NCBI GenBank assembly: GCA_965238075.1
Contig: OZ250173.1
Span: 896,001 to 960,000, forward strand
Length of the DNA stretch: 64,000 nt
Reading direction: 5' to 3'
Source: Candidatus Entotheonellaceae bacterium
Lineage (GTDB): Bacteria; Tectomicrobia; Entotheonellia; Entotheonellales; Entotheonellaceae
Positions 40,342-50,619 of this stretch are shown piece after piece. Position 1 is the stretch's first letter. Each line of letters starts with the position of its first letter. Position numbers and translations under genes: made by a program. The notes under the pieces are model-generated. The model was given only the letters and a program-made list of their open reading frames with translations, was not told the origin of the DNA and ran no database searches.

Positions 40342-42246
40342 ATGGGCAAGATCATCGGAATCGACTTAGGAACTACCAATTCGGTCGTGGCGGTGATGGA
40401 AGGCAGTGAACCGACCGTTATCGCCAATCGCGAGGGCAACCGTCTCACCCCGTCCGTGGTGGCCTTCACCAAGGACGGCGAACGCCTCGTGGGGCAGATC
40501 GCCCGCCGCCAGGCAGTGACCAATCCCGAGAAAACGGTCTACTCGATCAAACGCTTCATGGGACGCCGCTTCAACGAAGTCACCGAAGAAAGCGGCATGG
40601 TGCCCTATAAGGTGCAGGCAACCAGCAACGGCGACGCCCGCGTCAAGATTGACGACAAAGAATTCGCGCCGCCGGAGATTTCGGCCATGGTGCTGCAAAA
40701 ACTCAAGGAAGCCGCCGAAGATTACCTGGGCGAGAAGGTCACCGAGGCCGTCATCACCACCCCCGCTTATTTCAACGACAGCCAGCGGCAGGCCACCAAG
40801 GACGCCGGCCAGATCGCCGGGCTGGACGTGAAGCGCATCATCAACGAACCCACCGCCGCAGCCCTGGCCTATGGCCTCGACAAGAAAACCGACGAAACCA
40901 TCGCCGTCTACGACTTCGGCGGCGGCACCTTCGACATCTCCATCCTGGACGTCGGCGACAACGTCGTGGAGGTGAAAGCCACTAACGGCGACACCCATCT
41001 TGGCGGCGACAACTTCGACCAGCGCATCATTGATTGGCTGGTGGACGAATTCAAGCGCGACCAGGGCATCGACCTGAGCGGCGACCCCATGGGCATGCAA
41101 CGCCTGAAGGAAGCTGCCGAAAAGGCCAAGTGCGAACTGTCTTCCGTGGCCGAAACCGAGATCAACCTGCCCTTCATCACCGCCGACGCCAGCGGCCCGA
41201 AGCACCTCCTCACCAAGCTCAGCCGGGCCAAATTCGAGCAGATGATCGAGGCCCTCGTCGAGCGCAGCATCACGCCGTGCAAGCAGGCGCTGAAGGACGC
41301 CAACTTGTCGCCCAGCAATATCGACGAGGTGGTGTTGGTCGGTGGTTCCACCCGCATGCCGCTAGTGCAGCAAGCGGTGGAGCGCCTTTTTGGCAAGGCC
41401 CCGAACAAGACCGTTAACCCGGACGAGGTGGTGGCGGTCGGCGCCGCGGTGCAGGGCGGCGTGCTGGCGGGCGACGTGAAAGACGTCCTGCTGCTGGACG
41501 TGACGCCGTTGTCCCTCGGCATCGAAACCCTCGGCGGCGTCATGACCAAGCTGATCGAACGCAACACCACCATTCCCAAGCGCGAAAGCCAGACGTTCTC
41601 CACCGCCGCGGACAATCAGCCGAGCGTCGAGATTCACGTCCTGCAGGGTGAGCGCGAAATGGCGCAGGGCAACCGTACCCTGGGCCGCTTCCACCTCGAA
41701 GGCATCCCGGCCGCGCCGCGCGGCGTGCCGCAGGTCGAGGTGACCTTTGACATCGATGCCAACGGCATCGTCAGCGTCAAGGCCAAGGACCTCGGCACCG
41801 GCAAGGAGCAGGAAATCACCATCACCGGTTCCGGCGGGCTGGGCAAGGACGAAGTGAACAACATGGTGAGCGACGCCGAGGCGCACGCCCAGGAGGACGC
41901 CGAGCGGCGCAAGGCGGTCGAGGCCAGAAACCAGCTCGACTCGCTGATCTATCAGACCGAGAAGACCATCAAGGATCACGGCGAAAACCTGTCATCCGAG
42001 GACAAGACCGCCCTGGAAAGCGCCCTGGAGGAAGGCCGCGAAGCGTTGAAGGGCGACGACGTGGCCGCCATGGATAAGGCCCGCGACCGCATCACGGAAA
42101 ATTCGCACAAGCTCGCCGAGGCGATGTACAAACAGGCCGCTGCCCAGAATCCCGATGGGGATGGCGCCGGACAGCCGTCCGGTTCGGCCAAGGCCAGGAA
42201 GGACGACGGCGAGGTTGTCGACGCGGAATTCGAGGACGTCAATTAA
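40342..42246 (+). CDS. dnaK: Chaperone DnaK
   Basis: [43 protein letters not shown] and [14 protein letters not shown] motifs. Confidence 0.99.
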   Translation: MGKIIGIDLGTTNSVVAVMEGSEPTVIANREGNRLTPSVVAFTKDGERLVGQIARRQAVTNPEKTVYSIKRFMGRRFNEVTEESGMVPYKVQATSNGDARVKIDDKEFAPPEISAMVLQKLKEAAEDYLGEKVTEAVITTPAYFNDSQRQATKDAGQIAGLDVKRIINEPTAAALAYGLDKKTDETIAVYDFGGGTFDISILDVGDNVVEVKATNGDTHLGGDNFDQRIIDWLVDEFKRDQGIDLSGDPMGMQRLKEAAEKAKCELSSVAETEINLPFITADASGPKHLLTKLSRAKFEQMIEALVERSITPCKQALKDANLSPSNIDEVVLVGGSTRMPLVQQAVERLFGKAPNKTVNPDEVVAVGAAVQGGVLAGDVKDVLLLDVTPLSLGIETLGGVMTKLIERNTTIPKRESQTFSTAADNQPSVEIHVLQGEREMAQGNRTLGRFHLEGIPAAPRGVPQVEVTFDIDANGIVSVKAKDLGTGKEQEITITGSGGLGKDEVNNMVSDAEAHAQEDAERRKAVEARNQLDSLIYQTEKTIKDHGENLSSEDKTALESALEEGREALKGDDVAAMDKARDRITENSHKLAEAMYKQAAAQNPDGDGAGQPSGSAKARKDDGEVVDAEFEDVN

Positions 42247-42262
42247 AGAAGGTCTGACAAAT

Positions 42263-42292
42263 TGCCATCCGGGCTTGACCCGGAATCCAGCG
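42263..42292. repeat. REP-like palindromic element, partial copy
   Basis: GCCAT-CCGGG-CTTGA-CCCGG-AATCCAGCG, nearly identical to 50415-50444. Confidence 0.7.
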
Positions 42293-42388
42293 GTCCCGGA
42301 CGGTATGCGGGGCCGGCCGTTGGCCGAGAATCACCGGACCTAATCAGGCACTCCGCAAGTCCCGTGTGTTGTCAAGAAGGGTGAGTTG

Positions 42389-43021
42389 ATGGACACCAAG
42401 GAGCAAGAAACGGCGCCCGAATCCCAGGCCGAGGAAACCGCGGGCGCCGAAGAAGTAAACGACCAGGCGAGGGTGGCAACGGCAGAAGCCCAGAATGAGG
42501 AGGAGGTTCCCGAAGCTGAGGTTGAACCGGAACCCGAATCACTGGAAGACCAACTGGCCCGCCAACAGGCGGAAGCGGATTCCTACCGCGACCACCTGCA
42601 GCGGCTGCAAGCCGAGTTCCAGAACTACCGCCGACGGGTCACGCAGGAGAAGTTGCAGGCTGCCAGCCGCGGCAAGGCCGACCTCCTGCAAACGCTGCTG
42701 CCCATCCTGGCCAACATGCATCTGGCCCTGCAGCACGCCGACCAGGACGCCGACGCCGTCCGGCAGGGCGTTCAGATGATCTGGCAACAGTTCGAAGGGT
42801 TCCTGCGCGACCAGGGGGTCGAGCCGGTCGCCACCATCGGCGAGCGTTTCGACCCGGCGCATCATGACGTGCTGTCCACCGTTCCCGCCACCGACGATCA
42901 TCCCCCCGATACCATCGTCTCCGAAATCAAGGCCGGCTACTTGTTTGAAGGGCGGTTGCTCAGCCCCGCTCAAGTCATCGTGGCACGCGCCGCGGAAACC
43001 GACAGCGCGGATGCACTTTGA
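42389..43021 (+). CDS. grpE: Nucleotide exchange factor GrpE
   Basis: Acidic N-terminus, RLQAEFQNYRRR, LLP, FDP..H and GY....RLL..A.V.V motifs. Confidence 0.93.
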   Translation: MDTKEQETAPESQAEETAGAEEVNDQARVATAEAQNEEEVPEAEVEPEPESLEDQLARQQAEADSYRDHLQRLQAEFQNYRRRVTQEKLQAASRGKADLLQTLLPILANMHLALQHADQDADAVRQGVQMIWQQFEGFLRDQGVEPVATIGERFDPAHHDVLSTVPATDDHPPDTIVSEIKAGYLFEGRLLSPAQVIVARAAETDSADAL

Positions 43022-43236
43022 AATCATTGGCGATATATCGACATTGAAACCATCGCCGTTGGGCTTCTATACGTGACGCTGCGCGCTTGCATAAGCAATA
43101 TGGACGAGGGCGCTGGCGTAAACTGAAAGGCATTGCCTCGGTGCGCCTGGCCAATGGGCAGATACGCCGTGCCGAGGTGCATTGGTATGAAGCCCATGGT
43201 ATTGCAGGAAGAAGCGGAAACGATGCGTGGATGACG
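43011..43236 (+). pseudogene. Frameshifted small basic hypothetical protein (first gene of a two-gene module)
   Basis: Stitching frames gives MHFEIIGDIS/IETIAVG/SIRDAARLHKQYGRGRWRKLKGIASVRLANGQIRRAEVHWYEAHGI; at least two frameshifts; end approximate. Confidence 0.65.
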
Positions 43237-43239
43237 ACT

Positions 43240-43472
43240 ATGCAGCAAACTAACCAACCACAACCGCAATTCGCGGTCTGTATCGACAACACGGGATACC
43301 CCGCATCCTTGGAATGCTACAAATTTATCGCGTGCTGCCGCATGAAGAAGCCGCCCGTAGCGGCGATATACGAATGACCGACGAGAGCGGGGAGGATTAC
43401 CTCTACCGTGCAACCTGCTTCGTGACGATTGAGGTGTCGCAGGAAGTCAACGCCATCCTGCAGGTCTCGTAG
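43240..43472 (+). pseudogene. Frameshifted small acidic hypothetical protein (second gene of the module)
   Basis: MQQTNQPQPQFAVCIDNTGYPASLECYK, frameshift near 43324, then YRVLPHEEAARSGDIRMTDESGEDYLYRATCFVTIEVSQEVNAILQVS*. Confidence 0.7.
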
Positions 43473-43543
43473 GATGGAGACACTTCCTCCCCGAATCCAA
43501 TCATCCCGGTTCTGGAACCTGCCCGATGTTCCCGCGCGCCCTA

Positions 43544-44878
43544 CTACACGGTATCAGAGAAAACCCGTTCGGCCTGCCGGGCGATACGTTGACCCTCCGG
43601 GACGTTGACAAACGCGAGCAGGCCGCCGCCGACAAGAAAAAAGGTGATCACGGCGAGGATGGCGTTGCGGCTGGAGCCGGTGAGGGCGATGGTGCCGGCG
43701 AAAATGGCGGGGCCGAGGATGCCGGCGAACTTTTCGAAGACGGCAAAGAAGGCGAAGAACTCGGTCGAGCGGTGGCGCGGAATCATACTAGCGAACAGCG
43801 AGCGGGAAAGCGCCTGGCAGCCGCCTTGCACCATACCGACCAGAACGGCCAGGATGATGAAGTGGGCCGCTGTCTTCATGTAGTAGCCGAGCACACTGAC
43901 CCCGGCATACACTGCCAAGGCGATGAAAATGCTGCGCTTGGCGCCGATGCGCGATGCCAGCCCGCCGAACAGGAAGGCGAACGGAATGCCGACGAACTGC
44001 ACGACGAGAAAGGCGCCCATAAGCGCCCCCTGCCCGATGCCGATCTCGGTGCCGTAGACCGTCGCCATGCGGATGATGGTGCCGATGCCGTCGTTGTAGA
44101 CCAAAAAGGCGACCAGCAGCATAAGCGCCTGCGGGTAGGTGCGAAGTTCGCGCAGCGTCACCCGCATGCGGCCCAATGCACCGCGCACGGGGGAAAAGTC
44201 GCCACTTTCGCCAACCGCCAGGGCGCGCGGCGGCTCAGGGACGCGGCGAAACAGCGGCACCGAGAACAGCAACCACCACATCGCCACACTCAGAAACGCC
44301 CAGCGGCTGCCTGCCGCGGCGTCCGCCATGCCGAAGGCCGTGGGAAACTGAATCCACGCCAGATTGACCGCCAGCAGCACCCCGCCTCCCAAGTAGCCCA
44401 ACGCGTATCCCGCCGTGGACACCCGATCCATCTCATCCGCCCGTGCCACGTGCGGCAGCAGCGCGTCGTAGAAAATGAACGACCCGGATGCGCCGATGTT
44501 GGCGAGAATGAACAAGCCGGCGCCGAGCATCCACTCGCCGCGATGGATGAAGAACATCCCGCCGCTGGCCCCCACGCCCAGAATCAGAAACGCCGCCAGG
44601 AGCTTTTTCTTCATGGCAGCGAAATCGGCCAAAGCGCCCAGAAACGGCGCCAGAACCGCCACGATGGCCAGGGCGATGGTCGTCGCCGCGGCGAAGCGCG
44701 CCGTGGCCATGGGCGCCGGCATCTCGGCAGCCGCGACGGCGCTGAAATAAATCGGAAAGACCGCGCCGACCACCGTGGTCATGAAGGCCGAGTTCGCCAG
44801 GTCATACATGGCCCAGGCGCGCAGTTCGGGGCGGTCGAGGCCGAGCCGTTGCAAAACCGTGTGACGATCCGCTTGCAT
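43544..44878 (-). CDS. MFS transporter (UMF1/YxiO/Atg22-like)
   Basis: [35 protein letters not shown] and QALSRSLF motifs; about 12 TM segments. Confidence 0.9.
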   Translation of the reverse strand: MQADRHTVLQRLGLDRPELRAWAMYDLANSAFMTTVVGAVFPIYFSAVAAAEMPAPMATARFAAATTIALAIVAVLAPFLGALADFAAMKKKLLAAFLILGVGASGGMFFIHRGEWMLGAGLFILANIGASGSFIFYDALLPHVARADEMDRVSTAGYALGYLGGGVLLAVNLAWIQFPTAFGMADAAAGSRWAFLSVAMWWLLFSVPLFRRVPEPPRALAVGESGDFSPVRGALGRMRVTLRELRTYPQALMLLVAFLVYNDGIGTIIRMATVYGTEIGIGQGALMGAFLVVQFVGIPFAFLFGGLASRIGAKRSIFIALAVYAGVSVLGYYMKTAAHFIILAVLVGMVQGGCQALSRSLFASMIPRHRSTEFFAFFAVFEKFAGILGPAIFAGTIALTGSSRNAILAVITFFLVGGGLLAFVNVPEGQRIARQAERVFSDTV

Positions 44879-44913
44879 CTAGCCGTTTTCCCTCCCGACG
44901 ATCCGAACCCGCT

Positions 44914-45738
44914 TCAGTGGTTGTCGCCAAACGCCTCATCACGCTGCCGGGCACGGTCGGCGCCGGCGAGTGTCTGTTCCCCATCCTCGAGGCGATAGGC
45001 GCGGGTGACGGCATAGGTCTGAAACGCGCCGGTGACGCCGGTTCGGTAGCCCATTTCATCCTGCATCTGGTTGAGCGAGAACTTGGCCATGCGCAGGGCG
45101 AAGGGGTCCTGCATGGCGATACGCTGCGCCAGCGCCATGGTTTCCTGCTCCAGGTCGTCGCGCCGCACCACACGGTTGACCAGGCCCAGCCGGCAGGCCT
45201 CGTCGGCGCTGATCCAGTCGCCGGTGAACAGGTATTCCTTGGCCTTGCGCACCCCGATGTCCCACGCCAGGCTGGCGTACTGCACGTGCGCGCCGCCCCA
45301 ACGCACCGTGCGGTCGCAGAACTTGGTGTCGTCGGAGGCGATGATCAGGTCGCACGCCGAGGCCAGCATGAGGCCGCCCATGATGCAATAACCCTGTACC
45401 TGCGCAATGGTCGGCTTGGGACAATCGCGCCAGCGGAAGCCGGTGTCGATATACAGGTTCCAGGCACGCAGGTATTCCCCGGAGATGCCCGCCGGCCACG
45501 GCCGGCGCTCGCGGTCGGCGCGTTCCTGCGGGCTGCCGATGTCGTGCCCGGCGGAAAAATGCGCCCCGGCACCAGCCACGATGACCACCCGGACGGTGTC
45601 GTCCGCCATGGCGTCCATCAAGGCGCGGTCGAACTCTTCGAGCATGACGCGGCTCTGGGCATTGAGGACTTCCGGACGGTTCACGGTCAGGGTCAGCACC
45701 GCGCCGTCCTGTGCGAGTTTGAGGGTCTCGTAAGCCAT
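44914..45738 (-). CDS. Enoyl-CoA hydratase/isomerase family protein
   Basis: NRPEVLNA, FSAGHD, KPTIAQVQG.C..GG and A..LGLVNRVV motifs. Confidence 0.9.
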   Translation of the reverse strand: MAYETLKLAQDGAVLTLTVNRPEVLNAQSRVMLEEFDRALMDAMADDTVRVVIVAGAGAHFSAGHDIGSPQERADRERRPWPAGISGEYLRAWNLYIDTGFRWRDCPKPTIAQVQGYCIMGGLMLASACDLIIASDDTKFCDRTVRWGGAHVQYASLAWDIGVRKAKEYLFTGDWISADEACRLGLVNRVVRRDDLEQETMALAQRIAMQDPFALRMAKFSLNQMQDEMGYRTGVTGAFQTYAVTRAYRLEDGEQTLAGADRARQRDEAFGDNH

Positions 45739-46064
45739 GCTTTTCCTTTCTCACGCTGTGTCGATTCACGCCACGCCCGAGCCGCCCCGCACGGCTTCGG
45801 GCGGGCTATTGTAGTCGGCCCATCCCGGCGAAACAAACCGTCGCGAACGGCAACCCTGGGCGCCTTTTTTCAGCCTGTCGCACCCCGCCACATCGCTTGA
45901 TCTTGCCACCGACTGCGGCTACACTGCCCACCCTGCCGGACGGTTCCAGCACATCCTTAACCGACGCGCCGCAACCCGGCGCAATTCCGAGTCTGCTAGC
46001 CAAAGGCGCCCGACTGCCAGAACTCAAATCCTGCCAGCCAGAAGCGGCGCACGCGAGGGTCATT

Positions 46065-47186
46065 ATGACTGAGGCAAGCCAACAGGTCATTTCGGGGCTC
46101 GAGGGCGTTCTGGCCTTCGAGTCGAGCATCGCGTTCATCGACGGATCGATCCCCGAGTTGTTGTTTCGCGGCTACGACATTCAGGACATTGCGCAGACGC
46201 TGACATTCGAGCAGGCTACCTACCTGCTGTGGAACGACAGGCTGCCGAGCGACGACGGGCTTGCGGCGTTCAGCGCCGATCTTGCCGGCCAACGAGCCAT
46301 TCCCGAGGCCCTGATCGGCATATTGCGCGGCCTGCCGGCCTCGGCCCATCCCATGGCGGCGCTGCGTACCGTGGTATCGTGGCTCGGTGCCATGGACGCA
46401 CAGGCCGACGATAACGGTGCCGCGGACAACCAGAGAAAGGCCATGGCACTGACAGCGCAAATGCCCACCATCGTGGCGGCGCAGGCACGCCTGCAGCAGG
46501 GCCAGGAGCCGTTGGCCCCGCGCGCCGACCTCAGCCACGCCGCCAACTACTGCTACATGCTTACCGGCGAGACCCCGGACGACACCACGACCCGCACCTT
46601 CGATACCATGCTCATCCTCTACGCCGAGCACGAAACCAACGCCTCGACGTTCGCCTGCAGGGTGGTCGTGGGCACCGAGGCCGACTTGTATTCCGCGGTG
46701 GTGGCGGGTCTCGGCGCCATCAAGGGCCCGTTACACGGCGGCGCCATCGACGACGTGATGCGCATGCTGATCGACATCGGCTCGGCCGACCGCGCCGCGG
46801 CGTTCGTCGACGAGGCGCTGGCGGCGCGACGCAAGCTGCCCGGCTTCGGCCACCGCGTGTACCGCGCCGGCGATCCGCGAGCCGCCCAACTTCGCGGCAT
46901 GGCAGAGAAGCTCGGCCAGGCCGGCGGCGACGACAAGTGGTTCACCATTGCCACCGCCGCCGAGCAGCGAATGCGCGACACCAAGGGCATCATTGCCAAC
47001 GTGGACTACTTTGCGGCGCCGGTGCTGTACCACTTGGGCTTCCCGCTTAGCATCTTCACCAACGTGATCGCCAGCACGCGCATCGTCGGCTGGTCGGCGC
47101 ACATCCTGGAACAGTACGCCAACAACCGCCTGATCCGGCCGCGGGCGCTGTACGTCGGCCACCGCAACCGCAAGGTCGGGGCGTAA
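46065..47186 (+). CDS. Citrate/2-methylcitrate synthase
   Basis: GLEGV, RGY.I, HPM, EHE.NAST, GPLHGGA, GFGHRVY...DPR and NVD motifs; short dimeric type. Confidence 0.92.
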   Translation: MTEASQQVISGLEGVLAFESSIAFIDGSIPELLFRGYDIQDIAQTLTFEQATYLLWNDRLPSDDGLAAFSADLAGQRAIPEALIGILRGLPASAHPMAALRTVVSWLGAMDAQADDNGAADNQRKAMALTAQMPTIVAAQARLQQGQEPLAPRADLSHAANYCYMLTGETPDDTTTRTFDTMLILYAEHETNASTFACRVVVGTEADLYSAVVAGLGAIKGPLHGGAIDDVMRMLIDIGSADRAAAFVDEALAARRKLPGFGHRVYRAGDPRAAQLRGMAEKLGQAGGDDKWFTIATAAEQRMRDTKGIIANVDYFAAPVLYHLGFPLSIFTNVIASTRIVGWSAHILEQYANNRLIRPRALYVGHRNRKVGA

Positions 47187-47201
47187 CGCGAGGTGCGCAG
47201 C

Positions 47202-48380
47202 ATGCAACACAAAATCCCGGCGGTGTTCATGCGCGGCGGTACAAGCCGCGCCGTGTTTTTCACCCAGGCGGCAATGCAGCCTTACGACGCTGCTACCCGC
47301 GACGCCATCATCCTGACGGCGCTCGGCAGCCCCGATCCGTACGGACGGCAGATCGACGGCCTCGGCGGTGGCATTTCGTCGCTCAGCAAGGCCGCCATCA
47401 TCGGGTCGTGCGACAGCCCGGAGGCCGACGTGACCTTCAACTTCGCGCAGGTGGACGTGCACAGGCCGTTCGTCGATTGGAGCGGCACCTGCGGTAACAT
47501 GTCGGCGGCGGTCGGTCCGTTTGCCATCGACGAGGGTTTGGTGCAGCCGGTCGAGCCGGTGACGCGCCTGTGGGTGCTGGCGACCAATACCGGCAAGCGC
47601 TACATCGCCCACGTTCCGGTGCGGGACGGCCGCGCGGCGGTCGAGGGCGACACCACGGTTGACGGCGTGCCGGGCACCGGCGCGGGCATCGCCCTGGAAT
47701 ACCTGGAACCGGGCGGCACCTTGGGCGGCGGCCTGCTGCCCACCGGACAGTCCCGGCAGCAGATCATCCTGACCGATGGGCGCCAAGTCAGCATTTCCAT
47801 CGTAGACGCCGCTCTGCCTATGGTATACGTGCGCGCCGAGGAATTGGGCGTCGATGCCATCTTGCTGGCGCCGCAATTGGACGCCGATACCGGGTTGCAG
47901 GCGCTCCTGGAAGAAATCCGCTGCCATGCCGCCGTGGTCCTCGGCCTAGCGGACGACCTACAGCAGGCCACCGACACGGTCAAGGCGGTACCCAAGATCG
48001 CACTCGTGGCGCCGGCGGCGGACTATACCAGCAGCGCCGGCAAGGCTATCGCCGCCGAAAGCATCGACTTGGTAGCGCGGGCCATTTCCATGCGCAACAC
48101 CCACCGCACGTTTCCCGGCACCGCCTCCATGTGCACCGCGGTGGCCGCGGCCGTGGAGGGCACGGTGGTGCACGAGGTCGCCCGCCCCGAACGCGGCGCG
48201 CGGCTGCGCCTCGGCCATCCCGCCGGGATCATGGAAATCGCCGCCCAGGTGCATCAGAAGGACGGTGTCTGGCAGGTCAAGAGCGTCACCACGCAACGCA
48301 CCGCCCGCCGCATCATGGAGGGCGCCATCCTCGTGCCGCAAAGCACCATGGCCGGCAAGCCCTGGTTCAACGCCTGCTAG
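47202..48380 (+). CDS. prpF: PrpF family aconitate/2-methylaconitate isomerase
   Basis: MRGGTSR, GSPD...QIDGLGG..SS.SK, CGN, GHP.G and RTARRIMEG motifs. Confidence 0.9.
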   Translation: MQHKIPAVFMRGGTSRAVFFTQAAMQPYDAATRDAIILTALGSPDPYGRQIDGLGGGISSLSKAAIIGSCDSPEADVTFNFAQVDVHRPFVDWSGTCGNMSAAVGPFAIDEGLVQPVEPVTRLWVLATNTGKRYIAHVPVRDGRAAVEGDTTVDGVPGTGAGIALEYLEPGGTLGGGLLPTGQSRQQIILTDGRQVSISIVDAALPMVYVRAEELGVDAILLAPQLDADTGLQALLEEIRCHAAVVLGLADDLQQATDTVKAVPKIALVAPAADYTSSAGKAIAAESIDLVARAISMRNTHRTFPGTASMCTAVAAAVEGTVVHEVARPERGARLRLGHPAGIMEIAAQVHQKDGVWQVKSVTTQRTARRIMEGAILVPQSTMAGKPWFNAC

Positions 48381-48396
48381 CCGAAGGAGTTCCCGC

Positions 48397-50313
48397 ATGA
48401 ATCTCACCAGCCAATTGATCCACGCCCATCTCGTTAGCGGAGACATGACGCCGGGTTCGGAAATCTCCCTGCGCATCGATCAGACCCTGTCCCAGGACGC
48501 CACCGGCACGCTGTCATACCTGCAGTTTGAGGCCATCGGGGTGCCGCGCGTGCAGACGCAGTTGTCGGTCAGCTACGTCGATCACAACATGCTGCAGGGC
48601 GACTTCCGCAACGCCGACGATCACGTCTACCTGCAAGACGTGGCCGCCAAGTACGGCCTGCACTACTCGCGGCCCGGCAACGGCATCTGCCATCAGGTAC
48701 ACCTCGAACGCTACGCGGTGCCGGGCACCACGCTGTTGGGCACCGACAGCCATACGCCGACATGCGGCGGCATGGGCGTGCTGGCCATCGGCGCCGGCGG
48801 TCTGGACGTCGCCACTGCCATGGCGGGAAGCCCGTATTACATGCGCATGCCGAAGGTGCTGGGGGTGGAGTTACACGGCCGCCTGCAACTCGGCGTGACG
48901 GCCAAGGACGTGATTTTCGAGGTGCTGCGGCGGCTGACCGTCAAGGGCGGCGTAGGCCGGGTGCTGGAATATTACGGCCCCGGCGTGGCGCATCTCGACG
49001 TGCCGGAGCGTGCCACCATCACCAACATGGGAGCCGAGCTCGGCGCCACCACGTCGATCTTTCCGAGCGACGAGCGTACCGCGGCGTACCTCGAACGGCA
49101 GCAGCGGCTGGACGCCTTCACCCCGTTGGCGGCGGAGGATGGGGCCACGTACGACGAACATATGCGCATCGACCTCGACACCCTGGAGCCGCTGATCGCG
49201 CAGCCGTCCAGCCCGGACAACATCTGCCCAATCCGCGAGGTGCTCGGCATACCGGTCAATCAGGTGGCGGTCGGCAGTTGCACCAACTCGTCATACAGCG
49301 ACCTGATGACCATCGCCGCCATACTCAAGGGCCGCACGGTGCACCAACGGGTGAATCTGGTGGTTAGTCCGGGGTCGCGGCAAGTGCTGCAGATGATTGC
49401 CCGCAACGGCGCTCTGGCGGACCTCATCGCCGCGGGCGCGCGCATTCTGGAATCCGCCTGCGGGCCGTGCGCCGGCATGGGGCAGGTGCCGTCGTTCGAC
49501 GCCGTGTCGGTACGCTCATTCAACCGCAATTTTCCCGGTCGCTCGGGCGACCCTAACAACCGTGTGTATCTGGCCAGCCCGGCGGCTTGTGCGGCTGCAG
49601 CCCTGGCCGGCGAAATCGCCGACCCGCGCCTGGTCGCGGTCGAACCCGTCGGTCTGCCCGATGCGTACGTGATCGACGACACCGGCGTGCTGCCGCCGGC
49701 CGAAGACCCAGCGCAAATCGAGATTCGCCGCGGACCCAACATCAAGCCGCTACCCAGCCGCGGCGACCTAGAGGAAGCGCTGTCGGGCGAGGTTCTCCTG
49801 AAGCTCGGCGATAACATCTCTACCGATCACATCCTGCCCGCCGGCCCCGTGGTGCTGCCGCTGCGCTCGAACGTTCCCGCCATTGCCGAATACCTGTTTC
49901 GCTACGTCGATCCGACGTTCGTCGAGCGCGTCAAGGCGGCGGGCGGCGGTTTCATCATCGGCGGCCACAATTACGGCCAAGGCAGCTCGCGCGAGCACGC
50001 CGCCCTGTGCCCCATGTTTTTTGGCGTCAAGGCCATCATCGCCAAGTCGTTCGCCCGCATTCACCACGCCAATTTGATGAACTACGCCGTGTTGCCCCTG
50101 ACGTTCGTGGACGAAGACGACTACGACCGCCTCGACCCCGAGGATCACCTGGAAATCCCCGACGTGCGGCAGCGACTGCTGGACGGCGCCGAGCACATTC
50201 TGGTGCACAACCGCACCCAACAGCGCGTCATGGATACGTATCTGCCCCTCACCGACCGCGAACGACAGATCGTGCTGGCCGGGGGCCTGCTGCGATTTGC
50301 AGGAAAGCAGTAG
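48397..50313 (+). CDS. Aconitate hydratase (short type, about 640 aa)
   Basis: QDATGT, DHN, GICHQ, DSHT, GSCTN, CGPC.G, SFNRNF, STDHI and NYGQGSSREHAA motifs. Confidence 0.92.
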   Translation: MNLTSQLIHAHLVSGDMTPGSEISLRIDQTLSQDATGTLSYLQFEAIGVPRVQTQLSVSYVDHNMLQGDFRNADDHVYLQDVAAKYGLHYSRPGNGICHQVHLERYAVPGTTLLGTDSHTPTCGGMGVLAIGAGGLDVATAMAGSPYYMRMPKVLGVELHGRLQLGVTAKDVIFEVLRRLTVKGGVGRVLEYYGPGVAHLDVPERATITNMGAELGATTSIFPSDERTAAYLERQQRLDAFTPLAAEDGATYDEHMRIDLDTLEPLIAQPSSPDNICPIREVLGIPVNQVAVGSCTNSSYSDLMTIAAILKGRTVHQRVNLVVSPGSRQVLQMIARNGALADLIAAGARILESACGPCAGMGQVPSFDAVSVRSFNRNFPGRSGDPNNRVYLASPAACAAAALAGEIADPRLVAVEPVGLPDAYVIDDTGVLPPAEDPAQIEIRRGPNIKPLPSRGDLEEALSGEVLLKLGDNISTDHILPAGPVVLPLRSNVPAIAEYLFRYVDPTFVERVKAAGGGFIIGGHNYGQGSSREHAALCPMFFGVKAIIAKSFARIHHANLMNYAVLPLTFVDEDDYDRLDPEDHLEIPDVRQRLLDGAEHILVHNRTQQRVMDTYLPLTDRERQIVLAGGLLRFAGKQ

Positions 50314-50413
50314 TCAGTGGCCAGGGCTTGTTAACGCCAAATACGCGATGGCAGAGGTTTCAGGGCTTCTTTCGTCATTCCTTATGAAAATAACCCGCGC
50401 AACGCCCCCAGAT

Positions 50414-50521
50414 CGTCATTCCGGGCTCGACCCGGAATCCAGCGACCTTTGGGCGACCAGAAACCTTCCTTGACCCCGGCCCCGTATCAAGCACGGGGCA
50501 GGCCCTTCGCCGGAGTGACGG
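50414..50521. repeat. REP/MITE-like composite palindromic element
   Basis: Terminal inverted repeats CGTCATTCCGG...CCGGAGTGACG; internal hairpins CCGGG-CTCGA-CCCGG and CCCCGT-ATCAAGC-ACGGGG. Confidence 0.75.
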
Positions 50522-50619
50522 CATGCACCGCAACATCAATGAATGACAGCATTAACAGGCCCTGTTGCCGGCACTGACCCCTAGCCACTATTCACTGGCC
50601 ACGAAAAGGAGAGCACCGC

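Noticed and set aside
43526-44998. 490-aa plus-strand ORF
   Set aside because: Antisense shadow of the MFS transporter; no recognisable motifs; typical high-GC artefact
45774-45803. GC-rich hairpin in the divergent enoyl-CoA hydratase / citrate synthase intergenic region
   Set aside because: No U-tract and it lies upstream of both genes; such stems are common by chance at this GC content
50314-50619. SAM or cobalamin riboswitch upstream of the MetE-like gene
   Set aside because: No conserved riboswitch motifs recognised; the visible structure is explained by the REP-like element
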